Origin: an uncultured Acidimicrobiales bacterium
GTDB taxonomy: Bacteria > Actinomycetota > Acidimicrobiia > Acidimicrobiales > UBA10347
Direction: 5' to 3'
DNA: 64,000 bases
NCBI GenBank assembly: GCA_943788915.1
Contig: CALSSD010000005.1
Span: forward strand, 62,001-126,000
The first letter of the stretch is position 1; every line of letters starts with the position of its first letter. Shown here piece by piece: positions 37,584 to 46,012 of this stretch. The position numbers were made by a program, and so were the translations under genes. The notes below the pieces were generated by a model. The model saw only the letters and a list, made by a program, of their open reading frames with translations, ran no database searches and had not been told where the DNA came from.

Positions 37584-40046
37584 GTGGCACTCACAGAGAC
37601 CACTGCCGACACTTCGGCAAACCAGGACAACGGCTTCACCATCCTCAGCGAAGCACGAACGTTACCGACCCCAAAGATGCGGGTCCGCAAACGTGACGGC
37701 AGCTTTGAGCCGGTTGATCCAATGAAGATCGTGACCCGCATCCAGCGGTGCGCCGAAGGTCTCGATGGCGTCGACCCAATGCGAGTGGCTACTCGCACGA
37801 TCAGTGGCCTGCACGATGGCGCCACCACGATCGAACTCGATGAACTCGCCATTCGCACTGCGGCAACCAACATTATCGAGGAGCCGAACTACTCCAAGCT
37901 CGCTGGTCGACTGCTCGCCACCTACATCCACGAAGAACTGCGCAACGAGAACGTCAAGAAGTTCTCACAGTCCATCGCCGCTGGACGCCTGGTCGGTCTC
38001 ATCCACGACACCACCGCCGACTTCGTCGAAGCCAACGCCTCGGTGTTCAACGACGCCATCGACCACGACCGCGATCAGCTGTTCGAATTCTTTGGCCTCC
38101 GTACCGTCTATGACCGCTACCTACTGCGTCACCCTGAGACCCGCAAAGTGCTCGAGACCCCGCAGTACTTCTTCATGCGAGTCGCCAGCGGTCTGGCCAC
38201 CACCGCCGAAGAGGCCATCACCTTCTACAACCTGCTGTCGTCACTCGAGTACCTGACCTCGACCCCGACCCTGTTCAACTCGGGTACCGCCCACCCACAA
38301 ATGTCGTCGTGTTACCTGCTGGACTCCCCTGAAGACAGCCTCGAATCGATCTACAAGCGCTACACCGACGTCGCCCGCCTCAGCAAACACGCTGGCGGCA
38401 TCGGCCTCAGCTACAGCCGCATCCGCAGCCGTGGATCATTGATCAAGGGCACGAACGGCCTGTCGAATGGCATCGTTCCCTGGCTCAAGACCCTCGACTC
38501 GTCGGTGCAGGCTGTCAACCAGGGCGGCAAGCGCAAGGGTGCCGCCTGTGTGTATGTCGAGAGCTGGCACGCCGACATCTACGAGTTCCTCGAACTGCGT
38601 GACAACACTGGCGACGAAAGCCGCCGCACCCACCATCTGAACCTGGCCAACTGGGTTCCTGATCTGTTTATGGAACGGGTCGAAAAGGATTGGCAGTGGT
38701 CGCTATTTGACCCCAAGAAGGTCCCCCACTTCGTCGACATGTACGGCGCCGAGTTCGAACGTGCCTACATCGAAGCCGAAGAAGCTGGCATCTACGAGAA
38801 GCAGGTTTCGGCCCGCGATCTGTACAGCCGGATGATGCGCACTCTGGCCCAGACCGGCAACGGCTGGATGACCTTCAAGGACGCATCCAACACCAAGTGC
38901 AACCAGACCGGCGTTGCGCCGGTGGCTGGCGAGGCCCCTCGAGTCGTGCACCTGTCCAACCTGTGCACCGAGATCCTCGAGGTCACCAGCCAGGAAGAGA
39001 CCGCCGTCTGCAACCTTGGTTCGGTCAACCTGAGCCGCTTCGTCAAAGACGATCCCAGTGCTCCCCATGGCGTCGGTTTCGACTTTGACAAGCTCGGCCA
39101 TGTGGTCCGCACGGCAGTGCCATTCCTCGACCGAGTCATTGACATCAACTTCTACCCCACCGAAGAAGCCGGCGTCTCCAACGACGCATGGCGCCCAATC
39201 GGCCTCGGTGTCATGGGCCTGCAAGACGTGTTCTTCAAGCTCCGACTGCCATTCGACTCTCCTGAAGCACTCGAGCTGTCGACCCGCATCCAAGAAGAGA
39301 TCTACTACTGGGCGTTGTCCTCCTCGTGTGACATGGCCGAGAAAAGCGGACCTCACCCTGCCTACGAGCACACCCGTGCTGCCCGAGGCGAACTGCAGTA
39401 CGACATGTGGGCTACGGCCAACGGCCATGACTTCCAGCCTGCGCAGCCAGAACGTTTCGACGCACTCAAGGAGCGCATCGCCGAACATGGCCTGCGCAAC
39501 TCCCTCATGATCGCCATTGCCCCCACGGCAACCATCGCGTCAATCTCAGGCTGCTACGAATGCATCGAGCCCCAGGTCGCCAACCTATTCAAGCGCGAAA
39601 CCCTGTCGGGTGAATTCATCCAGATCAACCACTACCTGGTGCGTGACCTACAAGCTCGAGGCTTGTGGACCCAAGACATGATCTCGGCCATCAAGGCCGC
39701 CGAGGGAAGCATCCAAGGCATCGACGGCATCCCCGACGACCTCAAAGAGCTCTATCGCACCGCTTGGGAACTGCCCATGCGCTCCCTGATCGACATGGCC
39801 GCCCATCGTGGCGCTTTCATCGACCAGAGCCAATCACTCAATCTGTTCATGGAAACGCCGACCATCGGCAAGCTCAGCTCCATGTATCTCCATGCGTGGA
39901 AGGCCGGCCTCAAGACCACCTACTACCTGCGCAGCCGGGCAGCGACCCGCATCAATCAGTCCACTGCTTCCACCAACCGGTTCAGCGACCAAGACGCCGT
40001 TGCGTGCTCGCTCGAGAACCCAGAATCCTGCGAGGCCTGCGACTAA
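37584..40046 (+). CDS. nrdA: Ribonucleoside-diphosphate reductase alpha subunit (class Ia, with ATP cone)
   Basis: VRKRDG cone, TPTLFNSG, SSCYL, SNLCTEI, CNLGS, APTAT, KTTYYLR, C-terminal CEAC; GTG start after GGGAGAA. Confidence 0.95.
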   Translation: MALTETTADTSANQDNGFTILSEARTLPTPKMRVRKRDGSFEPVDPMKIVTRIQRCAEGLDGVDPMRVATRTISGLHDGATTIELDELAIRTAATNIIEEPNYSKLAGRLLATYIHEELRNENVKKFSQSIAAGRLVGLIHDTTADFVEANASVFNDAIDHDRDQLFEFFGLRTVYDRYLLRHPETRKVLETPQYFFMRVASGLATTAEEAITFYNLLSSLEYLTSTPTLFNSGTAHPQMSSCYLLDSPEDSLESIYKRYTDVARLSKHAGGIGLSYSRIRSRGSLIKGTNGLSNGIVPWLKTLDSSVQAVNQGGKRKGAACVYVESWHADIYEFLELRDNTGDESRRTHHLNLANWVPDLFMERVEKDWQWSLFDPKKVPHFVDMYGAEFERAYIEAEEAGIYEKQVSARDLYSRMMRTLAQTGNGWMTFKDASNTKCNQTGVAPVAGEAPRVVHLSNLCTEILEVTSQEETAVCNLGSVNLSRFVKDDPSAPHGVGFDFDKLGHVVRTAVPFLDRVIDINFYPTEEAGVSNDAWRPIGLGVMGLQDVFFKLRLPFDSPEALELSTRIQEEIYYWALSSSCDMAEKSGPHPAYEHTRAARGELQYDMWATANGHDFQPAQPERFDALKERIAEHGLRNSLMIAIAPTATIASISGCYECIEPQVANLFKRETLSGEFIQINHYLVRDLQARGLWTQDMISAIKAAEGSIQGIDGIPDDLKELYRTAWELPMRSLIDMAAHRGAFIDQSQSLNLFMETPTIGKLSSMYLHAWKAGLKTTYYLRSRAATRINQSTASTNRFSDQDAVACSLENPESCEACD

Positions 40047-41152
40047 TGGCACTTACCGATCCCGCCTTCGATAACGCTGTAGGTTTCGGCGCTGCCGCCG
40101 AAGCTCACGCTTTGGTCGATGCGCCTGCGCCTGCATCGAAGACCCAGCACACCAACATCTTGGACCCTGGTTTTGATCTGACGTTGCGCCCCATGCGTTA
40201 CCCCCAGTTCTTCGACATGTACCGCGATGCGATCAAGAACACCTGGACCGTCGACGAAATCGACTTCAGCACCGACTTGAACGATCTTGACAACAAGATC
40301 ACTCCGGCCGAGCGACACCTGGTCAACCGCCTGGTCGCCTTCTTCGCTACCGGCGATTCGATCGTGGCCAACAACCTGGTACTCAACTTGTACCAGCACA
40401 TCAATGCGCCCGAAGCTCGCATGTACTTGTCACGCCAGCTCTACGAAGAAGCGCTGCATGTGCAGTTCTACCTCACATTGCTCGACAACTACATCCCCGA
40501 CATGGACGAACGCCAGGCAGCATTCGCTGCGGTCGAGAACATTCCGTCGATCAAGCAGAAGGCTGACTTCTGCTTCAAGTACATGAGCAGCCTCGACGGT
40601 GTCAGCGAGCTGAAAACCAAGGACGAACGTCGTCAGTTCTTGATGAACCTGATCTGCTTCGCAACCTGCATCGAAGGCCTATTCTTCTTCGCAGCGTTCG
40701 CCTACGTGTACTTCCTGCGCTCCAAGGGCCTGCTCAACGGCCTTGCCGACGGCACCAACTGGGTCTTCCGCGACGAGAGTGGCCACATGAACTTCGCCCT
40801 CGAAGTCGTGAACACTGTTCGAGCCGAAGAACCTGACCTGTTCGACGACGCCATGAACCAACGCATCCACGACATGATGGCCGAAGCAGTCGACTGCGAG
40901 TACCTCTTCGCCGAAGACCTTCTGAGCGAAGGTGTGACCGGCATGTCACTCGCTGACACGCGCCAATACCTTGAGTTTGTCGCCGATCAGCGCATGGCCA
41001 TGCTCGGTTTCGCGCCGCTATATGGAGCCTCGAACCCGTTCGCATTCATGGAACTCCAAGATGTCCAGCAGCTCTCAAACTTCTTCGAACGCACCGTGTC
41101 GTCATACCAAACCGGCATCGAAGGGACCGTCAACTTCGACGAAGACTTCTAG
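40046..41152 (+). CDS. nrdB: Ribonucleotide reductase beta subunit
   Basis: FFATGD, EEALHVQFY (radical Tyr), EGLFFF, RDESGH, NFFE..VSSY; TAATG coupling to nrdA. Confidence 0.95.
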   Translation: MALTDPAFDNAVGFGAAAEAHALVDAPAPASKTQHTNILDPGFDLTLRPMRYPQFFDMYRDAIKNTWTVDEIDFSTDLNDLDNKITPAERHLVNRLVAFFATGDSIVANNLVLNLYQHINAPEARMYLSRQLYEEALHVQFYLTLLDNYIPDMDERQAAFAAVENIPSIKQKADFCFKYMSSLDGVSELKTKDERRQFLMNLICFATCIEGLFFFAAFAYVYFLRSKGLLNGLADGTNWVFRDESGHMNFALEVVNTVRAEEPDLFDDAMNQRIHDMMAEAVDCEYLFAEDLLSEGVTGMSLADTRQYLEFVADQRMAMLGFAPLYGASNPFAFMELQDVQQLSNFFERTVSSYQTGIEGTVNFDEDF

Positions 41153-41328
41153 TAGAACGCCTTTACTCGCTGCGCTCGCACAGGCGGATCAGCTGAGCGT
41201 TGAGTAAAAGTTCGCTGACGGTGCTGCCTCGCCCTGATGCAGCAGCCGCCAGTTGCTGTGTGATCTACGTCCCAGATCGCACTATGCACCCGGGAGCGGG
41301 TTTTTCCCGAACTTGCTCCCGTCTCCGG

Positions 41329-41374
41329 CATTAAGGCCCAGCGCCGTCCCAGCGCTGGGCCTTAATGTATTTTT
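41329..41374 (+). terminator. Intrinsic terminator downstream of nrdAB
   Basis: 16-bp stem CATTAAGGCCCAGCGC/GCGCTGGGCCTTAATG followed by TATTTTT. Confidence 0.75.
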
Positions 41375-41464
41375 GGGATCTGGTTGTTTCACATGCCCCC
41401 ATTTAGTCCCAGAGGGCGTCTGGGGAAGAGACATGAGGACGGTTGGTCGCCGCTCGTCATGTGT

Positions 41465-41589
41465 CGCAACATGACGGTGCCTGGCACCGTCATGTTTGGC
41501 ACCGTCATGTTGCGGTGGATCGGTTGATTGCAGTCAATTCGCCGCTGTGGCGAAGGCTGCGATCTCTAAACATGACGGTCCCTGGCACC
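41465..41589. repeat. REP-like GGTGC-CTG-GCACC palindrome cluster
   Basis: AACATGACGGTGCC-T-GGCACCGTCATGTT 41468-41496; right arm duplicated at 41497-41511; degenerate copy at 41568-41589. Confidence 0.75.
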
Positions 41590-41665
41590 CGAGCGTCGAG
41601 TAACGAGCCGAATCGTGGCGTGGAGATGACGGTTGGGTTGCGGTTTGTTTAATGGTGGAATGAGC

Positions 41666-41694
41666 GGAACTCGCAGCGGGTTTTAGACGACCAT
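41666..41694 (+). promoter_or_regulatory. Predicted ECF-sigma promoter of the cytochrome c/SCO operon
   Basis: GGAAC-N17-CGACCAT; ATG 41702 follows 8 nt after CGACCA, the same geometry as at 45234-45262. Confidence 0.72.
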
Positions 41695-41701
41695 GTATGC
41701 G

Positions 41702-42076
41702 ATGAAGTTTCGATACGCCGTCGCGCTCGTTTTTCTTGCTGTTTTGAGCCTCGGGGCCTGCGGTAGTGGACACCCAGACATTGCTCTGTCTCCGGTGGCC
41801 GACGAAGGCCGGGATCTGGCTCGATCCAGCGGTTGTTCCTCGTGCCATGGCAAGAATGGCCAGGGTGTTACCGCACCTACCTGGAAAGGGCTCTACCAGG
41901 CCGAGGTTGAGATCGACGGCGGTGTAACCGTGCTCGCCGACGAAGACTACCTCTACCAGGCAATCACCGACCCTCAGGCGCTGATTCGGCGTGACTGGTC
42001 GATCAGAATGCCCACCAATAACCTGACCGACGACGAAGTCGCCTCGATCATCGCCTACATCAAGGAACTGCAATGA
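41702..42076 (+). CDS. Lipoprotein c-type cytochrome (similar to the caa3 CoxB C-terminal domain)
   Basis: LGAC lipobox, CSSCH heme motif, PTWKGLY, ADEDYL..AI..P, MP, IIAYIKEL. Confidence 0.88.
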   Translation: MKFRYAVALVFLAVLSLGACGSGHPDIALSPVADEGRDLARSSGCSSCHGKNGQGVTAPTWKGLYQAEVEIDGGVTVLADEDYLYQAITDPQALIRRDWSIRMPTNNLTDDEVASIIAYIKELQ

Positions 42077-42744
42077 GCCGGTCACCAATCGCCCCGCGTC
42101 CGGTACTGCGCTCGCTGGTTGCCGCATTTGCCGTGGCTCTCCTTCTGACCTCGTGTGGCGGAGATAGCGCGAACCAAACAGCCGATCAACAGCAAGATGG
42201 CCCGGTGCTGGCCGGCTATGAACGTGGCCCAGAACCCACAGTCGGCACGATCACGCTGCCTGCAGCCAATCGCGACACCGATGCCTTCGCCTTCATGGCC
42301 GATCCTGGCGAACTCATGATGGTTACGTTTGGTTACACCTCATGCCCCGACATCTGTCCCACCACCCTGGCTGACATGCGCATTGCGTTCAACCAGCTCG
42401 GGGATCGAAGCGACGACGTCTCCGTTGCGTGGGTCTCCATCGACCCTGCACGCGACACTGCCGAAGTCATATCCAGCTATGTGGAGGCGTTCGTGGCCGA
42501 TGGTGTTGCGCTACGAACTGACGATGCCGAAGCACTCTTCATTGCTGCGGATGCCTTCGCTGTGACCTACATCGTGCAGGAAAACGATGCCGGTGATCTC
42601 GAAGTAGCCCACACACCCAATGTCTTCGTGGTCGACGACTCCGGATCCATCGTCTTGACCTGGCCCTTCGGTGTACCTGCGGCCGACATGGTGAGTGACC
42701 TCAATATCCTGCTCGATCGTTACGACGCTCCCTCAGCGACATGA
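42073..42744 (+). CDS. SCO1/SenC family copper chaperone (lipoprotein)
   Basis: FGYTSCPDICP, SIDPARDT, conserved His (VAHT); ATGA overlap with the upstream gene. Confidence 0.92.
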   Translation: MSRSPIAPRPVLRSLVAAFAVALLLTSCGGDSANQTADQQQDGPVLAGYERGPEPTVGTITLPAANRDTDAFAFMADPGELMMVTFGYTSCPDICPTTLADMRIAFNQLGDRSDDVSVAWVSIDPARDTAEVISSYVEAFVADGVALRTDDAEALFIAADAFAVTYIVQENDAGDLEVAHTPNVFVVDDSGSIVLTWPFGVPAADMVSDLNILLDRYDAPSAT

Positions 42745-43121
42745 CTCGTAAGACCGTGCGAGAGATAGTCGCTGCAGCCTCGATTCTTCTTGCCGTCGCT
42801 GGCTGCAGTGGCGGGACTGATTCCTTTGAACAGATCGACGCAGCAGCCGAGGCAGTTGCCGACTATGACTACACGATTCCTGTCGGGGCTGGTCTCGCGC
42901 TCGACGCAGGAACTCCACTCGAGATCCTTCCCGGCAGCTTCGATGCCCGAGTCGGCCAAACCATCCAGATCGTGAACGAGGACGACCGCGGCCATCTGGT
43001 GGGACCTTGGTTCGTAGGAGCCGGTGAAACCATGCGCCAGACATTCAAGACCACGGGTGAATTCATCGGCGACTGCACCGTCCATCCGAGTGGCCAGATC
43101 GTTGTAACTGTCTCGGCATGA
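42741..43121 (+). CDS. Small cupredoxin-fold lipoprotein
   Basis: VAGC lipobox, GQTIQIVNED..GH, C-terminal CTVHPSGQ. Confidence 0.65.
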   Translation: MTRKTVREIVAAASILLAVAGCSGGTDSFEQIDAAAEAVADYDYTIPVGAGLALDAGTPLEILPGSFDARVGQTIQIVNEDDRGHLVGPWFVGAGETMRQTFKTTGEFIGDCTVHPSGQIVVTVSA

Positions 43122-44155
43122 ACGGTCCTCGAACCCTCAAGATCACAACCGCGAAGATCGGAACGGCGCTGATACTTGCTGCCATGATGGTGGCGAGTAC
43201 GGCTCCACCAGCCAAGGCGGACGCCCCAGGGCCAACAAATTACCGGACCGACATCGTGTCCGTCGAGCCAGCGAATGCACCGATCAAGGTGCAGATGATC
43301 GGCGGCGATGCCTTCCTTAGCCTTGAGCAGCTCGAACCTGTCGAGATCATCGTGCTCGGTTACCAGGCCGAGCCGTATCTGCGGTTCGATCCCGACGGCA
43401 CCGTCTACGAGAATCGACGTTCACCCGCGGTATGGCTCAATCAAGAACGATACGGCTCCGAGGAACCACCGTCCTTTGCCAGCGCCGATGCCCGTCCCGA
43501 ATGGTTCGAGGTCGCCAACAACGGCCGGTATGCCTGGCATGACCATCGAAGCCATTGGATGAACTCGCAACCTCCACCCAGCGCAGAACCGGGTGATCAG
43601 GTCCTTGAGGCCACCGTGCCCATCCGTGTCGATGGCCAGCCCGTGACCATCACCGTTGCCAGCTTCTTGTTGGCCAGCCCATCGATTGTCCCCTCGATCG
43701 TTGGTGCCACACTTGGTTTGGCGGCAGCGGCTGTCGCCTGGCGAACTAACCGGGCATCCCGAGCAATCTTCGGACTGCTCACTGCAGGATCCGCTGCCAT
43801 TCTGGGTTCGGTTGCCTTCAATACTGTCCCGCCAGAAACCAGACCAAGCCAACTTCTGTGGCTGTTGCCGGTGATTGCTGTGATTGCCGCACTGGCTCTT
43901 ATCGCTCTCCGCAAACGTACCGCTACCACCGTGTACCTCGACGGGTTTGCGGTGACTGTCGGCGGGACCCTGGCCGGATGGGGCATCATCCGGTTCGACG
44001 CGCTGAGACGAGCGCTTATCCCATCCGATGCACCTGCCGCTCTTGACCGGCTAGTCATCAGCCTGGTCTTGGTCGTCGGCGTGGCACTCACTGTGCAGGG
44101 CGTGTACGGCCTGCTTCGGCCACAACGGCTGCTTCCCGCCGAGGTTCTGTCATGA
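43118..44155 (+). CDS. Uncharacterised membrane protein with exported His/Trp-rich domain
   Basis: Signal peptide (AKA-D), YAWHDHRSHWM, about five C-terminal TM helices; overlaps both neighbours. Confidence 0.7.
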   Translation: MNGPRTLKITTAKIGTALILAAMMVASTAPPAKADAPGPTNYRTDIVSVEPANAPIKVQMIGGDAFLSLEQLEPVEIIVLGYQAEPYLRFDPDGTVYENRRSPAVWLNQERYGSEEPPSFASADARPEWFEVANNGRYAWHDHRSHWMNSQPPPSAEPGDQVLEATVPIRVDGQPVTITVASFLLASPSIVPSIVGATLGLAAAAVAWRTNRASRAIFGLLTAGSAAILGSVAFNTVPPETRPSQLLWLLPVIAVIAALALIALRKRTATTVYLDGFAVTVGGTLAGWGIIRFDALRRALIPSDAPAALDRLVISLVLVVGVALTVQGVYGLLRPQRLLPAEVLS

Positions 44156-44637
44156 AACGCGCCATGGCTCTAGGACTTGGGCTCATTCTCGCAGCCACGA
44201 GTTGTGCGACATCGGCCGAGGACCGCGTGCTCCCCGACATCGAACTCGAACTGCTGGCAGGTGGGACCTACGACTTGACACAAACCGGTCAGCCTCGGGC
44301 GCTGAACTTGTGGGCCACCTGGTGTGCTCCGTGTCGAGCTGAACTGCCAGTGTTCGATGATGTGGCCAGCCGGGTAACTGGTGTCGACATCGTGGGTATC
44401 AATGTGGGTGACACCGGCAACGACGCCGCTGAGCTCGTCGAAGAACTCGACCTGCGTTTCACCCAGGTGTTGGACCCGCTTGCGTCCGTGCAACAGGCGT
44501 TACGTATCACCGGCATGCCATCGACGGTCTTCGTAGACGAGGACGGTGTCATCGTGCAGATACATGCTGGCGAACTCGAAACCGAAGAACTCGAAGAACT
44601 TCTCGTGGAGTTATTCGACGCTCATCTCTCAAGCTAG
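44152..44637 (+). CDS. TlpA/ResA-like disulfide reductase (lipoprotein)
   Basis: NLWATWCAPCRAELP, GMPSTVFVD motifs. Confidence 0.9.
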   Translation: MKRAMALGLGLILAATSCATSAEDRVLPDIELELLAGGTYDLTQTGQPRALNLWATWCAPCRAELPVFDDVASRVTGVDIVGINVGDTGNDAAELVEELDLRFTQVLDPLASVQQALRITGMPSTVFVDEDGVIVQIHAGELETEELEELLVELFDAHLSS

Positions 44638-44689
44638 ACCTGTGCTGCACTAGACCTGTGCTGCACTAGACCTGTGCTGCACTAGACCT
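44634..44689. repeat. Tandem repeat CTAGACCTGTGCTGCA x3.5
   Basis: Exact 16-bp units filling the gap between convergent stop codons. Confidence 0.92.
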
Positions 44690-45226
44690 TTAGGCGCTGC
44701 GTATGGAGCGTTGTTCGGCAGCAAGAAGGTCTTCGCGGGCTCGGGCGACTCGTGACCGCACGGTGCCAATCGGGCATTCAAGAATCTCGGCAGCTTCCTG
44801 ATACGGAAGATCAAGAATCTGGGTGAGCACGAATGCTTGTTGGCGTTCTGGGCTCAGCCCCGCAAGTACCGACGTCACTTCGGTCCACCCAGACGGCGGT
44901 CCGGCGGCTACATCGGGAACAGGGGCAAACGCATCGCGGGTCCGACGGCGTTTGCGGACGCGGGTTGCGTCGGCACAGGTATTTCGAGCAATACGCAGCA
45001 GCCATGACCGCGACGAACCATCGCCACGGAACTTGGGCAACGACCGCATCATGCGAGCGTAGGTTTCCTGCACCAGGTCATCGGCCGTATCAGGATCGCC
45101 AAGATGACGGCACAGGCTCTGGACGGCAGGAAGTGTTTTCCGCGTGAACGCATCGAGGGCAAACCGGTTGCCGTCTCGGGCCGCCAATGCAAGCTCATCT
45201 AGTTCGTTCACGGTTCCATTGTGCAT
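44690..45226 (-). CDS. ECF RNA polymerase sigma factor, SigC-like (start 45226 or 45211)
   Basis: LALAARDG, ADDLVQETYARM..SLPKF.G.SS.SWLLRIARN.CAD, AFVLTQ.L.L.Y.EAA...CPIGTVRSRVARAR. Confidence 0.9.
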   Translation of the reverse strand: MHNGTVNELDELALAARDGNRFALDAFTRKTLPAVQSLCRHLGDPDTADDLVQETYARMMRSLPKFRGDGSSRSWLLRIARNTCADATRVRKRRRTRDAFAPVPDVAAGPPSGWTEVTSVLAGLSPERQQAFVLTQILDLPYQEAAEILECPIGTVRSRVARAREDLLAAEQRSIRSA

Positions 45227-45232
45227 ATTGTT

Positions 45233-45262
45233 GGGAACCAACCCGTAGGGCACAACGACCAT
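45233..45262 (+). promoter_or_regulatory. Predicted ECF-sigma promoter of the anti-sigma gene
   Basis: GGGAAC-N17-CGACCAT; GTG 45270 follows 8 nt after CGACCA. Confidence 0.72.
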
Positions 45263-45269
45263 TCCTCAT

Positions 45270-45935
45270 GTGACATATGTGACGTGCGACCAAGCCAGGG
45301 AGATGATCTCGGCGCGGATCGACGGCGAACTCGAGTCGACGAACGATGCCCGCCTCGATACGCACACGCAGGGCTGTCCTGCCTGCGCCTCCTATCAAGA
45401 CGATGCCTTCTCACTCCGTCGCTCGTTGCGAATGCGGGCCGTCGAACCCGAACCAGAGACGGAACTCGTGGTCGATCTGGTCGGATCGATGAAAGGGTTG
45501 TCGATCCTACGTATCGCGTTGTTCGTAATCGGCGGCACGCTCGTCGCGTTGAACGTTGCGTCAATCCTGTCGCCCGACGGCGGTGCCGCGTCTCATCTCA
45601 GCCGCCATGACGGCATTTTCGGTACGGCACTAGGCATCGGCATGCTCGCAGTTGCCGGCAAACCACATCGGGCTATCGGACTCGTGCCTTTGACATCGAC
45701 GATTGCTGTGCTTATGGCGATTGCGGCCGCAGCCGACCTGCTGAACGGTCAGGCGAACCTGCTCTCCGAAGCAGAACATGTGGTGGAGTTCGGCGGCCTG
45801 GTGTGTCTCTGGGCTATCTCTGGCGGGCCGAGCCGCATCCCGCTTCATGTCAAGGCGGTCACCCGACGTTTGCCAGCCAGACAGTCATCCCATGACATCT
45901 CGCGATTGGGCTCTCACCAAGAACCGGCCCTGTAG
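45270..45935 (+). CDS. zf-HC2 (ZAS) membrane anti-sigma factor
   Basis: CDQAREMISARIDGE, HTQGCPAC (HxxxCxxC), four TM helices with intramembrane His. Confidence 0.85.
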   Translation: MTYVTCDQAREMISARIDGELESTNDARLDTHTQGCPACASYQDDAFSLRRSLRMRAVEPEPETELVVDLVGSMKGLSILRIALFVIGGTLVALNVASILSPDGGAASHLSRHDGIFGTALGIGMLAVAGKPHRAIGLVPLTSTIAVLMAIAAAADLLNGQANLLSEAEHVVEFGGLVCLWAISGGPSRIPLHVKAVTRRLPARQSSHDISRLGSHQEPAL

Positions 45936-46012
45936 CTCGCCGAAGAAATATCAGCCCCAAGAATCTTCGGCTCCACACCAGTTGTGAGACCTACCACTAA
46001 CGTCGAGATGTC

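Noticed and set aside
39665..40045. N-terminal extension of NrdB or an NrdA-NrdB fusion
   Set aside because: The extension is low-complexity off-frame sequence overlapping nrdA. The TAATG overlap marks the real start at 40046.
44634..44689. Possible mini-CRISPR array
   Set aside because: The units are contiguous 16-mers with no spacers, and there are no cas genes.
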